A DNA stretch of 64,000 nt from Dictyostelium discoideum (Eukaryota): positions 1,280,001 to 1,344,000 of the forward strand of contig CM000151.3 in NCBI GenBank assembly GCA_000004695.1. Reading direction: 5' to 3'. Each line of letters opens with the position of its first letter. Position 1 is the stretch's first letter. A model generated the notes under the pieces. That model was given only the letters and a program-made list of their open reading frames with translations. It was not told the origin of the DNA and searched no databases. This document shows, one piece after another, positions 26,175 through 38,262 of this stretch. Position numbers and translations under genes: made by a program.

Positions 26175-29100
26175 TTCCCATTAAACGTCATAATATAATA
26201 TATAGATTTTTACAAAATTTAAATATTTCAAAAGAACTTGTATTTTATCAATTCCCACAAACAATTTATGATGTAACATATAATTATGAAAACTATGCTT
26301 GTAGTCCAATTGATCAAAAATTACCTGATATTCCAACTTTGTAAGTATATGGATATATATTTTTTTTTGACTAAATAAAAAAGTAATCTAAAATAATATT
26401 TTATTTTTAGTAATTTTAATTGTAAATCCATTTCCGGAACAACAATAAAAATATCGCACATAATGAAACAGAGAGTTTTTAATTTAAAATATAGTTACGT
26501 ATATTTTGAAAATGATGTTATTGCAACTCATAATATCTCAATGTCTACATTTACAGCAACTTCATTAAACTTTGCAGACTTTTCAAACTTTCAGAGTTTA
26601 CAAACTATCTATATATATTTTAATCAAGATTTTGTTATTTCATCAATCCAAAACTTTTCAACCATTAAATCAAATTCCCTACATATAGAGCACGACACAG
26701 GTATTTTGTATCCATTTTATATACCATTAAATAATTCCACTCAGTTGCTATCAATGGCCGCACTTTTTGAAAAACCAATTTCATTAATAAATCTTTCAAC
26801 TTATGGTTTTAAGCAACTGCATCTTTTGCATGTTGGAAACGAGTTTAATTTAAATGGTGAGATTCCGATAATTCCACCTCTTAGTTGCGATTTTTTAATA
26901 TTCTATGGCAATTTTAATGTATTTCCAAATTTTTCAATTATTACAGGATCTTTTAGTTCTTATCAGTCAAACTTTTCAATTGCTTTACCACCATATTCAG
27001 GTAAAGGTGCAATGGTCTCTCTAATAAACAATAACCTTTTTGGAACAATTGATGAATCTTGGTGCAATGTCAATTTGGTAATTTATAATAATAAATTAAC
27101 AGGGTATGTTTAAAAAAATATAAAATTAATAATTTATTCAAATTTAAACATATCTAACTTATTTTTTTATAATAAAAAGAAAAATACCTTCATGTTTTAC
27201 TTGTTATTTTTCAGTCGCATCTTTTTTTAATTATTTTTCTGGTAACCAATTTACAAACTACAACCAATCAATTGGATGCTCTGAATTTGCACCAAGATTT
27301 CAATTATTAGACATTTCAACCAAAACTTTCCGTGTAACAGGTATTAATATAGGTTTTAATTCTAGATATTGGTTATTAAACTCAGTTGACTTTCCATATA
27401 GTACCAACGTTATCTCAATGGGATATGAATATGTTGTGATGTACTTATTTGCAATAATACCTAATCCAAAATACTTTAATGTTACATTTGTGCATCCAGC
27501 ACCATCACGAACAATATACTTCCCTCTTGGTGATCAATTCCCAAATCCAACCGGTATTAAAATAACATCAAATCAATTAATAATTACAGGTGAATTATTT
27601 TCAAGTTATATGGGTTACTCAAATCAATCAGTCCAATTTGAAGAAACATCTACTAATTGTACAATAAAAGATGGTAATTTCTTTAATATAACTTGTGAAT
27701 TTGTACCATCATCTATTTCTACCTTAACATACCCAACAATCATTAAAATTAAAAATGATAATTTAATAAGAAGAGTAATTGTCAATCCATTAATTGGACA
27801 ACTAAATCAAATTCCATGTCCTAATAATTGCGATGATATTAGTAATAGTATTTGTGATCTTTCTCAGGGTATTTGTGTCAAATCTTGTAAAAATGATTGT
27901 GGAATATTCGGTGAATGTAATGATCAAACTGGAGAATGTGATTGTGATTCAAATCATCAAGGTCCAAATTGTTCTATACCATTTATGCAATGTCCAACAG
28001 GTTCAAATTCTTTAATTTGTAGTAGTGCAGATTACAATATGTGTAACAATCAAACTGGTATTTGTACATGTTCTCAAAATCAACAAGGTCAAGATTGTTC
28101 ATTACCATTTAAGCAATGTCCAGTTGGTTCAGATTCGTTAATATGCAGTGGAGGTAATAACAATTGTAACAATCAAACAGGTGTTTGTACTTGTTCTTCA
28201 AGTCAACAAGGTCAAGATTGCTCATTACCATTTAAACAATGTCCAGTTGGTTTGGATTCGTTAATATGTAGTGGAGGTAATAACAATTGTAACAATCAAA
28301 CTGGTATTTGTTATTGCGACAGTAAATTTACTAATATTGACTGTTCAAAACCAAATCAATATATATCATCTGTTTCACCATCAAATACAAATGGAGGTGA
28401 AGCATCATTTTTTGGTTGGTTTGGAGATATTCATTCAAATCCATCATTATTAATTGGAAATCAACAATGTCAACCAATTACATATAATTCTTCAATCGAA
28501 ATTAGATGTATTGCACCACCAGGTAATGGAGTATATGATATTACTTTTAATCAAAATGATATCATGTATAAATTAAGAAATGGTTATAGCTACCTCGAAA
28601 TTTTTAAAAATTGTCCAAACAATTGTACAAATTCAAATCAAGGAAATTGCAATACTTCAAATGGAGAATGTAATTGTATAAACAATTATTACTCATTCGA
28701 TTGTAGTTTAAAAAGAAATAATAATACAGGTGGTAACAATGGTGGTAATCCCTCGATTGATCCATCAACAGGTGGAACTAATATTACTGATAATCAAGTA
28801 AATTTCCAAATTTATTTTAAAAATTTATTTGAAATCGATTTCAACGGTAATATTGTAAATCAATATTCATTACAAAGTAATTGGACTCTCAATAAGACTA
28901 AAGATTCACAAGAAAATAATATTTATAAATTAACACAAATCATTCAACAATCATGTGAAATTATAACATTGATAGAAGAAGTTTCAACATCTAAACAATA
29001 TTCATTTGCAGGCTCAACATTCACATTAGATGCTGGTTCAATTAAATTAACAATTTCAATATCAAATTATATTTATAAAAGCAGTTTAAATACATTACAA

Positions 29101-29568
29101 CTTCAATTAATATCATCAGTAGATAATGAAAATGAAGGATCAGATTGTAATATTAAACAAGTTTCTACAAATGAAACCAATACATCCTCATTTAAATATA
29201 TTAAAATTTCAAAAGATAATAGAGTCCTTCAAGGTAGATTCATTAATCAAATACTATCAGATGGAAGACCAACATATTTATCAATTGATGTTAATAATAA
29301 TGGTAATTCAGTAATTGCAACATTAAATCTACCACATTTTGTAAATCAATCAATTATCGATCCAGACTTTTCAGTTTTACTCGAAACTGATTTTAAATCG
29401 GAATGTGACAATAAAAACTCTCGTAAATGGTTAATACCAGTTGCTGTGGCAGTCCCAATCGTTGGTCTTTGTTCTATTGGAGTGATTGTATATTTTTTAT
29501 ATAGAAAACATTTTATTGAAATACCTCTAAAAGTAAAATTAGCAAGTATTGGAAATAAAACAAAATAA
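25867..29568 (+). pseudogene. copy 2 of the LRR-EGF-IPT TM family; 5'-disrupted (no ATG or signal peptide on this strand) but exons 2-5 are otherwise intact (exon 5 about 27180..29568)
   Basis: Exon 1 starts mid-codon at the inversion breakpoint, and the ORF-track M at 25867 is TTG. Downstream exons parallel the other copies: exon 4 about 26420..27112, exon 5 encoding four EGF-like 41-aa modules, IPT, C-terminal domain and TM (WLIPVAVAVPIVGLCSIGVIVYFLY), with TAA at 29566-29568. It could still be expressed from an unseen upstream ATG, so the pseudogene call is provisional. Confidence 0.5.
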
Positions 29569-29840
29569 ATAAATAAAAAACTTTTACATTAAAAAGTAAA
29601 ATTGTTCCTATTATTTTATTTTTTAATTTATTTGTAAATATCATTTAATAGATTAAGTTTTTATTTTTATTTTTTTTTTTTTTTTTTTTTGTTTTTATTT
29701 TTATTTTTAGGTTTAATTAATTAATTAATTTTCATTTATAAAATCATTATAAAATGAAACTTTATTTATACTTTATTAATTTTTAATATAATAAAATACT
29801 GATAATACAAATATTTATTTTTTGATGCAAGTTAACATTT

Positions 29841-30637
29841 TTATAATCTATTTGAGCTTGATGGGATTGAAACTTTGCCAGAACAAGTATCAAAACCATC
29901 AACTTCAGGGCAATCCATAATTGAGAGTGTTTTTTTATCAATACATAATGCAATAGTTGATAATTTATTATTATCACATTGCATAACTGGTTGGCCACCA
30001 AATTGACTATTAATTGCACTTGAAATTGAATCGGATTCATAGGTATCTTGATCTGATGGGTAAATATTTTCTGAAATTAATGCAGATGTTAAATTATGTT
30101 GAGTATATAATTTGAGACCAGCAACAAAATAATCATGTTCATTTGAAATTGGTGAACCTGCTACAACTGCGCATGTACCTATAGATAAATAAATAAATTA
30201 ATTGGTTAAATTATTTATTATTTTTTATTTATTATTTATTATTTATTATTTATTATTTATTATTATTTATTTTTAATATTGAATATTAAGTGTACACATA
30301 CCATGTTTTTTATATTCACTTGTCCAGAATAAATCATTATCTTCAGTTAATGAAATCCAATCAACATTTAATTGATCTTCTAAATCTGAAATTTCACCTA
30401 AATCAAATGATGGACCAGTACAGAAAGCTGGATAGGAGTTGTTTCTGTCGTTTGGCCATAATCCATGAATTGTAAATGCTTCTCTTTCTTTATTTTCAAT
30501 ACATTTGCTTTCACTACAATATGAATAAATCCATTGTTGAACGAATAAATAGTAATCAAAATCACCCGGCGTTGTATCTGATGAACCTGATGATGAATCC
30601 CATCTAGTTTCGTTTGAATTTACTATTTTAAATTATA

Positions 30638-30718
<81 letters not shown>

Positions 30719-30835
30719 TAGTTAAATATTAATATATATATAGTAATTTATATTAAAATGTTAAAAATTATATATCTTCATACCTGATAAAACAATTAAT
30801 AGTACAGATAAAATTAAAATAATTAATTTATTCAT
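29841..30835 (-). CDS. RNase T2 family secreted ribonuclease; three exons, about 30835..30784, 30622..30302, 30178..29841
   Basis: Exon 1 is the signal peptide MNKLIILILSVLLIVLSG, donor G|GTATGA, and intron 1 contains an (ATT)n tract. Exon 2 reads ...DFDYYLFVQQWIYSYC...FTIHGLWP (CAS I, HGLWP)...EYKKH, donor G|GTATGT. Exon 3 completes KHGTC (CAS II) and continues ...VMQCDNNKLSTIALCIDKK...*. The joined length is 711 nt, a multiple of 3. Confidence 0.85.
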
Positions 30836-30863
30836 TTTTAATTATTTTTTTTTTAAAAGAGTG

Positions 30864-30907
<44 letters not shown>

Positions 30908-31272
30908 GATTGTTTTACGAGTGGTTTAAAAAATTAATTTTTTTTTTTTTTTTTATTTTTATTTTTTATTTTTAAATAATTTTTGTACAATAAATGACCC
31001 GAAAAGAATATTCTAAACCAAAAAGAAAATTCTGTTAATGTTAAACCTGAAAATATTTTTTTTTTTTTTTAATTATTTTATGTACTAAATTCATATTAAA
31101 ATGAATGACAAATAAAATAAATTGTAAAAAAAAAAAAAATTAAAAAAATAAAATGATTAAATTCATTTTTTTTATTTTATATCATTTTGTATATTTTTAT
31201 ATACTAAATTCATGTTAAAAATAAATATAATTAATTTTTGTGGTTTCGCATTCTCCCCTCACAAAAATTTAC

Positions 31273-31305
<33 letters not shown>

Positions 31306-31860
31306 ATTCACAGAAAAAATAAAAAAAAAAGAGCATTCAAAGTAAAAAAAAAAAAAAAAAAAATGGAAATAAAATGAAAAAATAGCAAAGATTAAATTTT
31401 AATTTTTTTTTTTTTTTTTTTTTTTGTTTTTAACATAAAGATGAAAAATAATCATTTCAGATTTTTATTTTTCAAAGGTCATTGACGTCACCAAAAAAAA
31501 AAAAGGAAGGAGCTGTGCATTGAGGACTTTGGTTAGATATTAAAAAAAAAAAAAATCAAATCTTTTTATTCCCAATATAAATATCTCAATATTTTTATTT
31601 TTTTTTTATTATTTTTTTTTTTTTTTTTTTTTTTTTTTCAAAAATCAGATTACCGTATCATTTTCAAATAAAACCAATTTAATTATCAAAATAAATTATT
31701 AAAAAAAAAAATATGTTTTTTTTTCCCTGTTGGAGGATATTTTTTTTTGTCAACAATAAAAAAAAAAAAAAAACCCATTAATTATTTTCATATTTTTCAT
31801 TTTGTTTTTTTTTTTTCCTAATATTTTTTTTTTGATTTTAAGTTAATACTTAGATTTTAA

Positions 31861-32449
31861 ATGGGTAAATTTATTATTTGTTTTTTATTGTGTTCAATGT
31901 TTTTTTGTTATGTTAATTGCATTGAACCTCCAATAGATGAATATGACTGTTTCCTTAATTTTATTACAAAAATAAACTTTTTGTCAATTTTTCCAAAAAC
32001 CAATTCAACTCTCTATGATTTCTGCACAGGATATATTAAGTGTGATGAAGTTAATGGAAAAATAAAAGAGTTTGTATCATATTTTTTTATTTTTTTTTAT
32101 ATTATTTTAACTAACTTTATTTAATTTATTTTCTAGTATATCTATAAAAAACATTATACCTAGTGGGTATAATAACCAATCAATATTACCAACAGACTTA
32201 GCGTGTCTTCCTAATTTAAATAAACTGTATGTATAATTAAAATTAAAAAAAAATAAAAAAATAAAAAATTCTTATTAAACATTTTAAATATAATTTATAG
32301 ATATCTCGAAAATCTAAATATATCAAAACAGCTTGTATTTTATCAATTCCCTCAAAAAATGGGTCAAGTAACATATAATTATGGAGACTATGAGTGTAGT
32401 TCAATTGACCAAAAACTACCGGAAATTCCATTTTTGTAAGTTTGGCAAA

Positions 32450-32482
<33 letters not shown>

Positions 32483-35400
32483 CTTTTTTTCTTTTTTTGA
32501 TATATATATATATATATTATTAAAATAAAAAAATAAAATAAAAGTATTCTAAAATAAAATTTTATTTTAAGTTATTTTTATTGTAAATTTATTTCTGGAA
32601 CAACACTTAAAATGTCATACATATCGAAACAGACATTTTTTGAATTAGGAGATAGTTTTGTGCATTTTGAAAATGATGTTGTTGCGACTCATAATATCTC
32701 AATGGTTTCATTTACAGCATATTCATTAAACTTTGCTGACTTTTCAAATTTTCAAGGTTTAGGATTTTTCAAAATGACTTTCAATCAAGATTTTATTATT
32801 TCATCAATACAAAACTATTCAACCATTAAATCAAATTCCATACAAATAGAGCACAACATAGATATTCCCTATCCATTTTATATACCTATAAACAATTCCA
32901 CTCAAAGATTATCAGTATATGCACGTTTTGAAAAACCAAGTTCAATGATAGATCTCTCAAGTTTAGTTTATTCAGATTTATCTCTTTCGGGAGTAGGAGA
33001 CAAGTTCAATTTAAATGGTGAGATTCCGATAATTCCACCGCCTGGTTGCAATTTTATAATAATGCATGGTAATTTTAATGTATTTCCAAATTTTACATAT
33101 TTTACAGGTGGCTTTACTTCTTTTCAGTCAAACTTTTCAATAGCTTTGCCATCCTATTCAGGTAAAAATACAATGTTTTCAATGATAAACAATAACTTGA
33201 TTGGAACAATTGATGAATCTTGGTGCAATGTCAATTTGATAATTTATAATAATAAATTAACAGGGCATGTTTAATTATAAATTAATTCATAATATAAAAA
33301 TAAACAAAATTAACTTTATCTAACTTTTAATTTTTTTTTTACAATAGAAAAATTCCTACATGTTTTACTTGTTATTTTTCAGATCCTGCAGTTTATACTT
33401 CTTTTTCTGGTAACCAATTTACCAACTACAACCAATCAATTGGGTGCCCTGAATTTGCACCAAGATTTGAATTGATGGACATTTCAACCAAAACTTTCCG
33501 TGTAACAGGTATTAATATAGGCTTTACTCCTATGAATTGGTTATTAAACTCAGTTTACTTTCCTTATAATTCCCAAGCTATCTCAACGGGATATGAATAT
33601 GTTGTATCGTACTTATTTTCAATTATTCCTAATCCAAAATACTTTGGTATATTATTTGTGTATCCAGCACCACCACAAACAATATACTTCCCTCTTGGTG
33701 ACCAATTCCCAAATCCAACCGGAATAAAAATAACATCAAATCAATTATTAATTACAGGTGAATTATTTTCAAGTTATATGGGTTACTCAAATCAATCAGT
33801 CCAATTTGAAGAAACATCTACTAATTGTACAATAAAAGATGGTAATTTCTTTAATATAACTTGTGAATTTGTACCATCATCTATTTCTACCTTAACATAC
33901 CCAACAATCATTAAAATTAAAAATGATAATTTAACAAGAAGAGTAATTGTCAATCCGTTAATCGGACAATTAAATCAAATTCCATGTCCTAATAGTTGCG
34001 ATGATATTAGTAATAGTATTTGTGATCTTAATCAAGGTATTTGTATCAGTTGTGTTGATGATTGTGGAATATTCGGTGAATGTAATTTTCAAACCAAAAC
34101 CTGTGATTGTGATTCAAATCATCAAGGTCCAAATTGTTCTATACCATTTATACAATGTCCAACAGGTTTAAATTCTTTAATTTGTAGTAGTGTAGATTAT
34201 AAAATGTGTAACAATCAAACTGGTGTTTGTACTTGCTCTCCAAATCAACAGGGTCAAGATTGCTCATTACCATTTAAACAATGTCCAGTTGGTTTGGATT
34301 CGTTAATATGTAGTGGAGGTAATAACAATTGTAATAATCAAACTGGCATTTGTTATTGTGATAGTAAATTTACAAATGATGATTGTTCAAAACCAAATCA
34401 ATATATATCATCTGTTTCACCATCAAACACAAATGGAGGTGAGGCATCATTTTTTGGTTGGTTTGGAGATATTCATTCAAATCCATCATTATTAATTGGA
34501 AATCAACAATGTCAACCAATTACATATAATTCTTCAATCGAAATTAGATGTATTGCACCACCAGGTAATGGAGTATATGATATTACTTTTAATCAAAATT
34601 ATATCATGTATCAATTAAGAAATGGTTACAGCTATCTTGAAATTTTTAGAAATTGTCCAAACAACTGTACAAATTCAAATCAAGGAAATTGTAATACTTC
34701 AAATGGAGAATGTAATTGTATAAACAATTATTACTCATTCGATTGTAGTTTAAAAAGAAATAATAATACAGGTGGTAACAATGGTGGTAATCCATCAATC
34801 GATCCATCAACAGGTGGGACTAATATTACTGATAATCAAGTAAATTTCCAAATTTATTTTATAAATTTATTTGAAATCGATTTCAACGGTAATATTGTAA
34901 ATCAATATTCATTACAAAGTAATTGGACTCTCAATAAGACTAAAGATTCACAAGAAAATAATATTTATAAATTAACACAAATCATTCAACAATCATGTGA
35001 AATTGTAACATTGATCGAAGAAATCTCAACATCTAAACAATATTCATTTGCAGGCTCAACATTCACATTAGATGCTGGTTCAATTAAATTAACAATTTCA
35101 ATATCAAATTATATTTATAAAAGCAGTTTAAATACATTACAACTTCAATTAATATCATCAGTAGATAACGAAAATGAAGAATCAGATTGTAATATTAAAC
35201 AAGTTTCTACAAATGAAACCAATACATCCTCATTTAAATATATTAAAATTTCAAAAGATAATAGAGTCCTTCAAGGTAGATTCATTAATCAAATACTATC
35301 AGATGGAAGACCAACATATTTGTCAACTGATATTAAAAGTGATGGTAATTCAGTAATTGCAACATTAAATCTACCACATTTTGTAAATCAATCAATTATC

Positions 35401-35601
35401 GATCCAGACTTTTCAGTTTTACTCGAAAATGATTTTAAATCAGAATGTGATACTAAAAACTCTCGTGAATGGTTAATACCAGTTGCTGTTGTAATTCCTG
35501 TTCTCAGTGTTTGTTTTATTGTAGTGATTATCTATATTATTTATAGGAAACAATTTATAGAGAAACCTCTAAAAATAAAATTAGCAGCTTTAGGAAATTA
35601 A
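31861..35601 (+). CDS. copy 3 of the LRR-EGF-IPT TM family, apparently intact; exons about 31861..32069, 32180..32270, 32345..32480, 32585..33277, 33345..35601; three EGF-like modules
   Basis: ATG 31861 with signal peptide MGKFIICFLLCSMFFCYVNC. The 220-aa LRR-like exon (ORF 32612..33274) ends in the GG|GCATGT donor. The last exon (ORF 33472..35601, open upstream to about 33345) runs NPLIGQLNQIPCPNSCDD..., then 3 x (C..CSxxQQGxDCSLPFKQCPxGxxSLICS), IPT-like (SSVSPSNTNGGEASFFGWFGDIHSNPSLLIGNQQCQPITYNSSIEIRCIAPPGNGVYDITFN), the C-terminal domain, TM WLIPVAVVIPVLSVCFIVVIIYIIY and TAA. Confidence 0.7.
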
Positions 35602-35689
35602 AAATAAATAAATAAATAAATATTAATTGGTATATATATATATTTTGATCTATTCTTTTTTTATCTATAAATCTTTATTGTGATACAAA

Positions 35690-36000
35690 ATCCTTTACAG
35701 GAGGGTTGTTTCAATGATTGAATAAATGATAAATCAGCAACGATCAATATAATCGATTAAAAGAAATTGAGTATTATTTTGGAGTTATAATTAATTTGTA
35801 ATTAATTTTTCATTTATAACCATGAGAATTTCTTTTCACTTAATAAGTAATTGGTAAATAAAACAAGTAGTACCGAATAAACAAATTGAAGAGATTAAAT
35901 TATATTCATAAAATAATTTGATAATTGATTATTACCACTACTATTACAATTTGAAATTACTAATTCTGAAATTCTATTTGGCTGTAATTGTAAATTTTGA
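35690..36000 (-). pseudogene. orphan fragment homologous to the 3' end (last TM helices and tail) of the beta-helix/7TM gene at 46566..51617
   Basis: 35692-35990 aligns base-for-base, with scattered substitutions, to 46671-46960 (…ggagggttgtt.caatgattgaataaatgat.aatcagcaacgat...gaaattgagtattat...ggtaaataaaa.aagta...gaataaac.aattgaagagatt.aattatattcataaaataatt...). It keeps the same position, about 100 bp downstream of a family-gene stop codon, and the same minus orientation as the full gene after copy 5. Homology is lost upstream. Confidence 0.65.
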
Positions 36001-36295
36001 ATCATTAATTATTATATTTGAATGATTTTTTGAAAGAATACACATAAAACTATAAATCCTCTTTATATATATATAAATAATAAACTTCTTTTATTCGTCT
36101 CTCTGTTGCTAAATCGTCTTCGTTTAAGAATAATTAACTAATATATAAACATGAATAATATTATAAACAGTGTACAACAATTCATTCTTTATTATTATAA
36201 TTAATCAACACAATATAAACCTCTTTAATGATTCCCAAAGACGTCACATTTTATTTTTTTTTTTTATTAAATCACTTAAAAAAAAAAAAAAAAAA

Positions 36296-37396
36296 AAAAG
36301 ATAACAGAGATGGTGTAATTTGGAAAAAAAAAAAAAAAAAATTGAAAAAAAAAAAAAATTAAAAAAAAAAAACAAATATGAATAAATTAAAAATGATTTG
36401 GATTTTATTTGTTAGCTCTCGTTGGATTAAAAATTGTCCAAATATTAAAAATAAAAATAATTATTCTAGAATGTTCATCTAATTCTGTATATTAAATACG
36501 TTGTATCTACAACTGAAAATATTTTAATACCATCAATAATTAATGGTATTTGAGATAACCTATCTTTACTATTTATTGGATTTAAATCATTTAAAATTAA
36601 AATGTTTTTTTTTACATTATTTAATTTTTTTAATATAGTTTTATGATATTTTACGATTTGATCAATTGTTGGATAACATTTTATAAAATGTAAATATAAT
36701 AATAAATCTTTTAAATTTAAATTTATATTATATCTCTTAACTTTGTTTGGAGATAAAAAAAACTATTTTTATCAATCCAAAATAAGATTTAAACAATCTT
36801 TCATTAGAAAAAAAAAAATTTCTACATTATATTCATTTAATAATGACATTTTCGAAATATATGTAAAAAAAAAAAAGTTAGTGTAATTTTAAAAAAAGTT
36901 GGTGTAATTTAAATTTTTTTTTTTTATTTTTATTTTTTTTTTTTTTACTAAAATGCCCAAAGCATCCTCTTGGTAACCAGCCAAAGGATTCTTATTTAAA
37001 ATCAGATTTAATTAAAAATTTAAATTTAATTGCTGATGATATTATCACCAATTTAAATTTGAATTTTCAACAAAAAAGAACTAAAACAGCTATCAAAAAG
37101 AATTAAAAAAATTAATTCTGATCTTAAAAGCCATACAATATTTGGGATGTCAGATTTCAATTGAAAAATGTTTGAAGTTTTCAATTAACAATATCCTGAA
37201 AAAAAAAAAAGAAAATTGATTTAATAGGATGGGTTGAATCCAACTAAATGTTAAACATAAATAAATAAAAAAATAATCCAAAAATAAATTTTTTATTTTT
37301 CTCATTTTTTTTTTTTTTTTTTCAGATTACGCCATCTCTATTTGGTATTTTTTTTTTTTTTATTTTTTTTTTTTTTTTCAGATTACGCCATCTCTA
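36296..37396. mobile_element. possible decayed TIR element: inverted repeat agagatggtgtaat (36308-36321) against attacgccatctct (37326-37339), both followed by tttgg, with a second right-end copy at 37382-37395; interior carries only broken ORF fragments
   Basis: The 14/15-nt inverted repeats are among the few GC-containing strings in this 2.2-kb unit-specific spacer. The right end and 18 bp of flank (ttcagattacgccatctct) are tandemly duplicated 56 bp apart. No intact transposase ORF is visible. The interior minus-strand reading ...LSQIPLIIDGIKIFSVVDTTYLIYRIR* is short and interrupted. Confidence 0.25.
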
Positions 37397-37793
37397 ATAT
37401 TATTTTTATTTTAACTGTGGAGGATATTTTTTTTTAATAAAAAAAAAACCTATAGTTGGTTTTCAATATAGTATGTTGTATAAAACTTTAGTATCATTTG
37501 TGTGCAAAAAACTGGTTCATAATTAAAACAATTTTCTAACACCTCAAATCTGATTTTTTTTTTTTATGATGCGCGTTGCCAAAAAAAAAAAAAAAAAAAA
37601 GATTCACAAGTCAGAAAATAATAAAAAAAAAAAGATATTTTTTCACAGTGGATATTTTTTTTTTTTGATATTTTTTCCTTATTTTTTTTTATTTTTTTTT
37701 TTTTTTCAAAAAAATATCTAATTAAACTGTGAATTGGTTTTATTGATTTTTTTTTTTTTATTTTTTTATTTATTTTGTTTTTTTAGATAATAA

Positions 37794-38213
37794 ATGGTTA
37801 ATTTTTTTATTTGTTTTTTGATGTGTTCAATGTTTTTTTGTTATATTAATTGCATTGAACCTCCAGTAGATGAATATAATTGTTTCTTTGATTTTATTAC
37901 AAAAATAAACCTTTTTTCATTCTATCCAAATACCAATGCTACTCACTATAATTTTTGCACAAATAATATTGTATGTGATGGAGTTACTGGAACAATAAAA
38001 GAGTATGTATTTTATTTTATTTTATTTTATTTTATTTTATTTTATTTTATTTTATTTTATTTTATTTTATTTTATTTTTTTTTTTTTTTTAACTAACTTT
38101 ATTAAATTTATTTTAGTATTACTATATTAAACACCTTAACTAGTGGATATAATAACCAATCAATATTACCAACAGACTTAGCGTGTCTTCCTAATTTTAA
38201 TAGAATGTAGGTA

Positions 38214-38262
<49 letters not shown>

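Noticed and set aside
36400-37250. Possible short genes (for example minus-strand MSLLNEYNVEIFFFSNERLFKSYFGLIKIVFFISKQS, plus-strand MPKASSW...)
   Set aside because: Each runs into stops within 40 codons in every frame. They look like decayed fragments (perhaps of a transposon, F-box or other gene), not functional CDSs.
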